Assembly (NCBI GenBank): GCA_045863855.1
Contig: BTVV01000002.1
Coordinates: 1-64,000 of the forward strand
Source of the DNA: Planctomycetota bacterium
GTDB taxonomy: Bacteria > Planctomycetota > SZUA-567 > H5-PLA8
DNA: 64,000 nucleotides
Direction of reading: 5' to 3'
Every line of letters starts with the position of its first letter. Position 1 is the first letter of the stretch. Shown piece after piece: positions 59,532 through 64,000 of this stretch. The notes under the pieces were generated by a model. The model had not been told where the DNA came from, searched no databases, and saw only the letters and a list, made by a program, of their open reading frames with translations. The translations under genes and the position numbers were made by a program.

Positions 59532-60560
59532 ATGCCCGTCTCGCTGAACCTCGCCGCAGTCCGCGCCGATCTGAACGAGCATCTGGAGAGTCTGCGTGAC
59601 CGCGACGGCGCGTACGGAAGCTACCGTTCCGGGCCGCGCAAGCGTCCCGATCTGTACGCTTCTTGCGACGTAGCCATCGCCCGGGCGGTGATGGGCGACG
59701 ACCTCAAGGCGCTGCCCGAAGCCCAGCGCCTCGAATGGATCGCACACATCAACAGCTTCGCCGCGCACAACTTCGACGGCGGGCCCGACGGCAGCTACTT
59801 CGACAGCATGGGCCATTCCAAGCTCCACGCCAACGGGATGGTCGTCGGCGCGCTGGGCGTGCTGGGCGGGAAGCAGCGCTTTCCGTGCAAGCTCTACGAG
59901 GCCTTCGACACGCCCGAGAAGGCCGGCCCGTGGCTGGAGACGGTCGACTGGGTCAAGCAATGGAGCGCCAGCCACTGGTTCTGGGGCGGGATGCACTGCT
60001 TCTCGTTCAGCAAACGCTGCTCGCCGGCGTGGTTCGAGGCGGTCTTTGCCTGGCTCGATGCGAACCTCGATCCGCAAACTGGCTGGTGGCGCAAAGGCGT
60101 GCCGCATCAGGACCGCCATCAGCCGCTGGGCGGGAGCGTCCACATCGTGCCGATTTACGAGCATCACGGCCGGGTATTCCCTTATCCCGAGCGCGTGGTG
60201 GACAGCGTGCTGGCGTTACAGCTCTCCAACGGCTGCTGGCTCGACCATGCGAAGGGGCCGATGCTTAATTATCTGGAACTGGATGCGCTGTACGCCTATG
60301 CGGTGATGCGCAAGTGGGCGCCGGCTTACCGGCTCGATGAAGTACGCAAGAGCGTGGATCGCTACGCCGACGCGGCGATCGAGTACTGGAACACCCGGCG
60401 CGGCGAATTCTTTAAGCTGCACCCGCACTACGCGCTTGCCGCGGTCGGAGCCTTCGGGCTGCTGCAGCAGCTCGCGCCCGAACGCTTCCCCGACGAGCGG
60501 CGTTGGACGGATATTTTCAGCGACCGGCGGCTGTACGATACGGCGGCGGTGGAAGTGTGA
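59532..60560 (+). CDS. Hypothetical protein, possibly prenyltransferase/squalene-oxidase-like alpha/alpha toroid
   Basis: Trp-rich helical protein with 'LDPQTGWW' and 'LALQLSNGCW' QW-like motifs. Confidence 0.55.
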   Translation: MPVSLNLAAVRADLNEHLESLRDRDGAYGSYRSGPRKRPDLYASCDVAIARAVMGDDLKALPEAQRLEWIAHINSFAAHNFDGGPDGSYFDSMGHSKLHANGMVVGALGVLGGKQRFPCKLYEAFDTPEKAGPWLETVDWVKQWSASHWFWGGMHCFSFSKRCSPAWFEAVFAWLDANLDPQTGWWRKGVPHQDRHQPLGGSVHIVPIYEHHGRVFPYPERVVDSVLALQLSNGCWLDHAKGPMLNYLELDALYAYAVMRKWAPAYRLDEVRKSVDRYADAAIEYWNTRRGEFFKLHPHYALAAVGAFGLLQQLAPERFPDERRWTDIFSDRRLYDTAAVEV

Positions 60561-60596
60561 GGGAGGCAGCTCTATCCCCAATGGAGCAGATTCGAT

Positions 60597-60989
60597 TCAG
60601 CTACTTTTAGGCGGCCCAGGCTTCTGCGTGGCCAAGGCGAGTGTATTACCCGAGGGGTCCTCGAAGAACGCCATCCACTCTTCTTGACCCGCCTGACCGA
60701 AAAGACCTTGGTCGTCACGATGAATCATGCGTGGCGGATGTGTAAAATTCACGCCTTTGGCAGTCAGCTCCGCGTAGGCGGATTCAATATCGTCTACCCC
60801 GAAATATAGCGTCGCCTTCGGCCCCGAACGCTCCAGCAGGATCCGGACGCCCGATAAATCCAGAAAGGCCAGTCCCGGTGGATCGAACTTCGCGACAAAC
60901 CGGCAACCCAAGGTATCGCGGTAGAAGCTCACGGACTCCTCGAGATTTTTGGCCAGCACCGCAATCTGGCGAATGCGATCGAGATTCAT
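60597..60989 (-). CDS. VOC/glyoxalase-family protein
   Basis: 'QIAV...SVSFYRDTLG', 'YFGVDDI', 'FFEDPSGNTLAL'. Confidence 0.88.
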   Translation of the reverse strand: MNLDRIRQIAVLAKNLEESVSFYRDTLGCRFVAKFDPPGLAFLDLSGVRILLERSGPKATLYFGVDDIESAYAELTAKGVNFTHPPRMIHRDDQGLFGQAGQEEWMAFFEDPSGNTLALATQKPGPPKSS

Positions 60990-61045
60990 GGAACAGGACC
61001 TTTGGGTAGTGAGAGCGCTTGCCAGAGTCCGGAAGATTCGGAAAC

Positions 61046-61834
61046 CTACTCGCTCGCCTCAACCAGCTTCAACAGCCGGCGCGTCGATTCGCGGTTACCG
61101 TTGTCGCTGAAGGCGTCTTCGACTTTCAATACCTCCAGCGCGCGGCGCGCGGCGGCCTGTTCGGCTTCTTTCTTGCTCTTCCCCATGCCCGGCGGGAAGC
61201 GGCGCTGCCCGATCACCGCGACCACTTCGAACGTCTTGCCGTGGTCAGGGCCGGTGGCGTTGATCATGCGGTAGTGCGGCGTCATGTTCACGTATTTCTG
61301 GGCCAACTGCTGCAGCGTCGACTTGTAATTCGTCTCGCACCCGTTCTCGGCGACGGCGCGCAGTTCGGCGCCCAGGATGCGCAGCACGAAGGCGCGCGCG
61401 GCCTCCAGCCCGCTGTCGAGGTACACGGCGGCGGCCACGGCTTCGAAGAGGTTGGCGTACACGCTGGGCGGAAGCGGTTCGTCGACCGGCAGCCCCTTGC
61501 CCAGCCGCCCCACATCGCGCAGGCCCAGCGATTCCCCGGCACGCGCCAGGCACACGGTGCTTACCACCGCCGACTTTACTTGGGTCAGCTTGCCTTCGTT
61601 CCAGTGCGGGTAGCGCTCGTACAGTGCCTGGCCGACGCAAAGATTCACGACCGCGTCGCCCAGGAACTCCATTCGCTCGTTGTCGGTATGCTCTTCGGCT
61701 GTGCTGGAAGGGTGCGTCAACGCTCGTTCCAGCAACTCAGGGCGTTGGAAGCAATACCCGATCCGGTCTTGGAGGGTGAGGTACGACGTGTCGGAGCAAC
61801 AGTTCGCGTCGGGGGCCTTTTGAAGCTTCGACAT
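61046..61834 (-). CDS. rnc: Ribonuclease III
   Basis: 'ALTHPS', 'NERMEFLGDAV', 'NYKSTLQQ', 'GPDH', 'GKSKKEAEQAAA' dsRBD. Confidence 0.96.
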   Translation of the reverse strand: MSKLQKAPDANCCSDTSYLTLQDRIGYCFQRPELLERALTHPSSTAEEHTDNERMEFLGDAVVNLCVGQALYERYPHWNEGKLTQVKSAVVSTVCLARAGESLGLRDVGRLGKGLPVDEPLPPSVYANLFEAVAAAVYLDSGLEAARAFVLRILGAELRAVAENGCETNYKSTLQQLAQKYVNMTPHYRMINATGPDHGKTFEVVAVIGQRRFPPGMGKSKKEAEQAAARRALEVLKVEDAFSDNGNRESTRRLLKLVEASE

Positions 61835-62073
61835 AAGCTTGGAAGTATCTCAGGCTAGAGACTTTGGATCACCAAGCCGCGAGCGGCTTCCGGCCCCCAC
61901 TGGATTTCAAGATAGCCGCCGTAAAGGCAGAGTCAATGCGGCGGATCAAAACTTAGGGTGCTTTTTACCGCCGCTCAAGCGCTAATATCACCCAAATTTA
62001 CACCTATTATATAGAGTTAGCCGCAACCCCTGCCGACTTGCGTCGTCGTACTATTATGAGAGCAGGCTTAACC

Positions 62074-62928
62074 ATGCGCATTTCATCGTGGATCGCGATC
62101 CTGGTTCTTAGCGCCGCCGCGCGGGTGAACGGCCAGGAGGGCACGCCGTCGCCTACGGGCCCGGTGGTGCAGAACCTCCAAGCGGCACTGAAGGCGGTAA
62201 AATCCGAATTCGGCCCCGGCGAATCGTTGCTCTTGCAGTGGACGCTTACCAATGTGGGACCGAACGCGCAGACGGTGCGGGTGCCGCGCGACCGGCGCGT
62301 TCCGCAGGATGTCCGTTTCGCGGGCAAGCGCGAAGGGCAGGCGCTGGATCTGCGGCGCGCCACGGAACGCGAGACCGAGGACGCCGGATACACCGAACAG
62401 ACCCTCGCGCCGGGGGAAACGGTCAAGCGCTGGATCGATCTGGGTGTGATGAACTGGGCCAACAGCGAATGGCTCAAAGTGCGCGGCCGATATGAAGTTC
62501 AGGTGACCTTCACGCCGGGCGCCGAAGCGGTGTCCAGCGGGTGGGCGCGCTTCGATCTGGCCGCTCCGGGTCGCGCGGTGCTCGATCCGGCCGAGCGCGA
62601 ACGCCAAGCCGGCATTCGCGCGCTGGTGCTTCAGTTGGGGGCGCCCGATTTCCAGAAGCGCGAAGACGCGCAGCGCGAACTGGTGGCGCTGGGCACGGCG
62701 GCCGTGCCTCTGCTGAAGGAAGTACTCGCCGAGGGCCAGGATCCCGAGGTCAGCCTGCGTGCGCGCAAGGTGCTAGAGCTGATCCTGCACGGTCCGAAGC
62801 CCATGCCCCCTCCCGTACTGGTGCCCACGCCGCGCCCACCGATCGTCCGGCCGCTCCCGCCTCCGGTCGAGCCCCAGCCGTTGCCGGTCGAACCTGGCCC
62901 CATTGCGCCCCCCGAAGACGAATTTTAA
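62074..62928 (+). CDS. Secreted hypothetical protein (Ig-like domain, HEAT-like helical hairpin, Pro-rich tail)
   Basis: Signal peptide; 'LGAPDFQKREDAQRELVALG...DPEVSLRARKVL'. Confidence 0.65.
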   Translation: MRISSWIAILVLSAAARVNGQEGTPSPTGPVVQNLQAALKAVKSEFGPGESLLLQWTLTNVGPNAQTVRVPRDRRVPQDVRFAGKREGQALDLRRATERETEDAGYTEQTLAPGETVKRWIDLGVMNWANSEWLKVRGRYEVQVTFTPGAEAVSSGWARFDLAAPGRAVLDPAERERQAGIRALVLQLGAPDFQKREDAQRELVALGTAAVPLLKEVLAEGQDPEVSLRARKVLELILHGPKPMPPPVLVPTPRPPIVRPLPPPVEPQPLPVEPGPIAPPEDEF

Positions 62929-63079
62929 CCCGGAATTTACCCCGGTGCCGGCGTCTTCTTGTGGGCAAACTTGAAAATGCTCGAGTGCTTGCTTGTAATA
63001 GAACTGCCTGATTGGTGCCGGTTACTCCATCGTCGCGCCCCCTATGCGTGGCGTAAACCCTATGCAGGAGGATTGCCGT

Positions 63080-64000
63080 ATGTCCATGAGCGAACAAGAA
63101 GCGCTGGCCAGCCTTAAGGTGGTCTTGCACGTGGCGAAGGCCGATGGCGTGATCCAGCCCGAAGAGCGCACGGCGCTCGAGGATTTGCTGACCGTCGTCA
63201 AGCTGCCCGAGGGCGCGACGCTCGACGGCTTGCTCAAAGACGTGATCAAGCTCGACGAAGAACTGGCGAAACTCAACAGCGCGGATGCGAAGAACGGAAC
63301 CTTCCAAAGCGCCTACAGCATGGCGCACGCCGACGGGACCTGCACCAGCAAAGAGCAGGTGGTGCTGGACCACATTCGCGGGCGGCTGGGCATCAGCGAG
63401 GAAAGCTATTCGCTGGCGAACCGTCTGTTCGGGGAGTTCAAGGACACGTTCACGCCGAACAATATCGTGCCGATTCACGATCCCGAACGGCGGCGCACGG
63501 AAGTCAACGCGGACATTCTGAAGTATTCGCTCATTGCCACCGTGCTGGGCGCGAACCCGCTTCCGCTCGTTTCGATCGGCACCGACTTGTTGGTGATCGG
63601 CGTGCAGCTCAAGATGATCCGCGACGTGGGGCAGTACTGGAACCACAAGGTGGACCGCGAGGCGGCCAAGAGCCTGATGCTCGGGGCGCTGGGCAGCACC
63701 GCGGCACGGTTGGCAATCACCAACGTCGTCAAATTCGTGCCGGGCTGGGGCTCGCTGGTCGGCGCTGGCGCTTCGTTCGTCACCACGTGGGGTCTGGGGC
63801 GCGTGGCGGACCAGTATTTCGCCAGCGGCGGGAAGCTGACCGCGGCGGAGCTGCGCTCGGCATTCAAGAATGCCAAGAAGGAAGGCGAGCAGGCTTATAA
63901 AGAGCACAAAGGCGAAGTCGAGGCCGCGCAGAAGAAGCACGCGGGCAAAGTCCAGGAACTCAACGCGCAGCTCAAGGCCGGGCAGATTACCGAGGCCGAG
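63080..64000 (+). CDS. TerB-like plus DUF697/YcjF-like protein (runs off the window end)
   Basis: Absent from the ORF track because there is no stop; AGGAGG RBS before ATG 63080; translates MSMSEQEALASLKVVLHVAKADGVIQPEE...MAHADG...E (TerB-like), then 'GANPLP..D...VQLKMI...KFVPGWGSLVG...TWGLG'. Confidence 0.8.
   Translation, partial: MSMSEQEALASLKVVLHVAKADGVIQPEERTALEDLLTVVKLPEGATLDGLLKDVIKLDEELAKLNSADAKNGTFQSAYSMAHADGTCTSKEQVVLDHIRGRLGISEESYSLANRLFGEFKDTFTPNNIVPIHDPERRRTEVNADILKYSLIATVLGANPLPLVSIGTDLLVIGVQLKMIRDVGQYWNHKVDREAAKSLMLGALGSTAARLAITNVVKFVPGWGSLVGAGASFVTTWGLGRVADQYFASGGKLTAAELRSAFKNAKKEGEQAYKEHKGEVEAAQKKHAGKVQELNAQLKAGQITEAE

Overview
High-GC bacterial chromosome segment from a diderm (bamA, two skp, lpxD). 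Gene order and protein families suggest Planctomycetota/PVC (inference, no search run). Housekeeping content: parB preceded by three perfect parS palindromes with no adjacent parA; a long minus-strand run glmU(N-domain only)-prs-rplY-pth-rpsF-ssb-rpsR-rplI-dnaB-bamA-skp-skp-lpxD; rnc; aconitase; znuACB; a TonB-dependent receptor plus TonB; a PilT-family ATPase; and a four-gene minor (pseudo)pilin cluster with mosaic GC content. The best candidate for an undescribed system is a twin-arginine-signal, Pro/Gln-rich protein with about ten repeated Gly-centred motifs, encoded directly before a radical SAM/SPASM enzyme and followed by a MacAB-type ABC exporter (26142-32314). Other notable items: a lipoprotein built of ten 36-aa (2x18) helical repeats; a membrane-anchored HTH protein operon just downstream of parB; an aconitase with a histone-H1-like tail; a CTAG-flanked MITE; a structured leader upstream of a Gdx/SugE gene; and dispersed heptamer and REP-like repeats. 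No rRNA, tRNA, CRISPR array or transposase was recognised. All family assignments come from motif recognition, not database searches.
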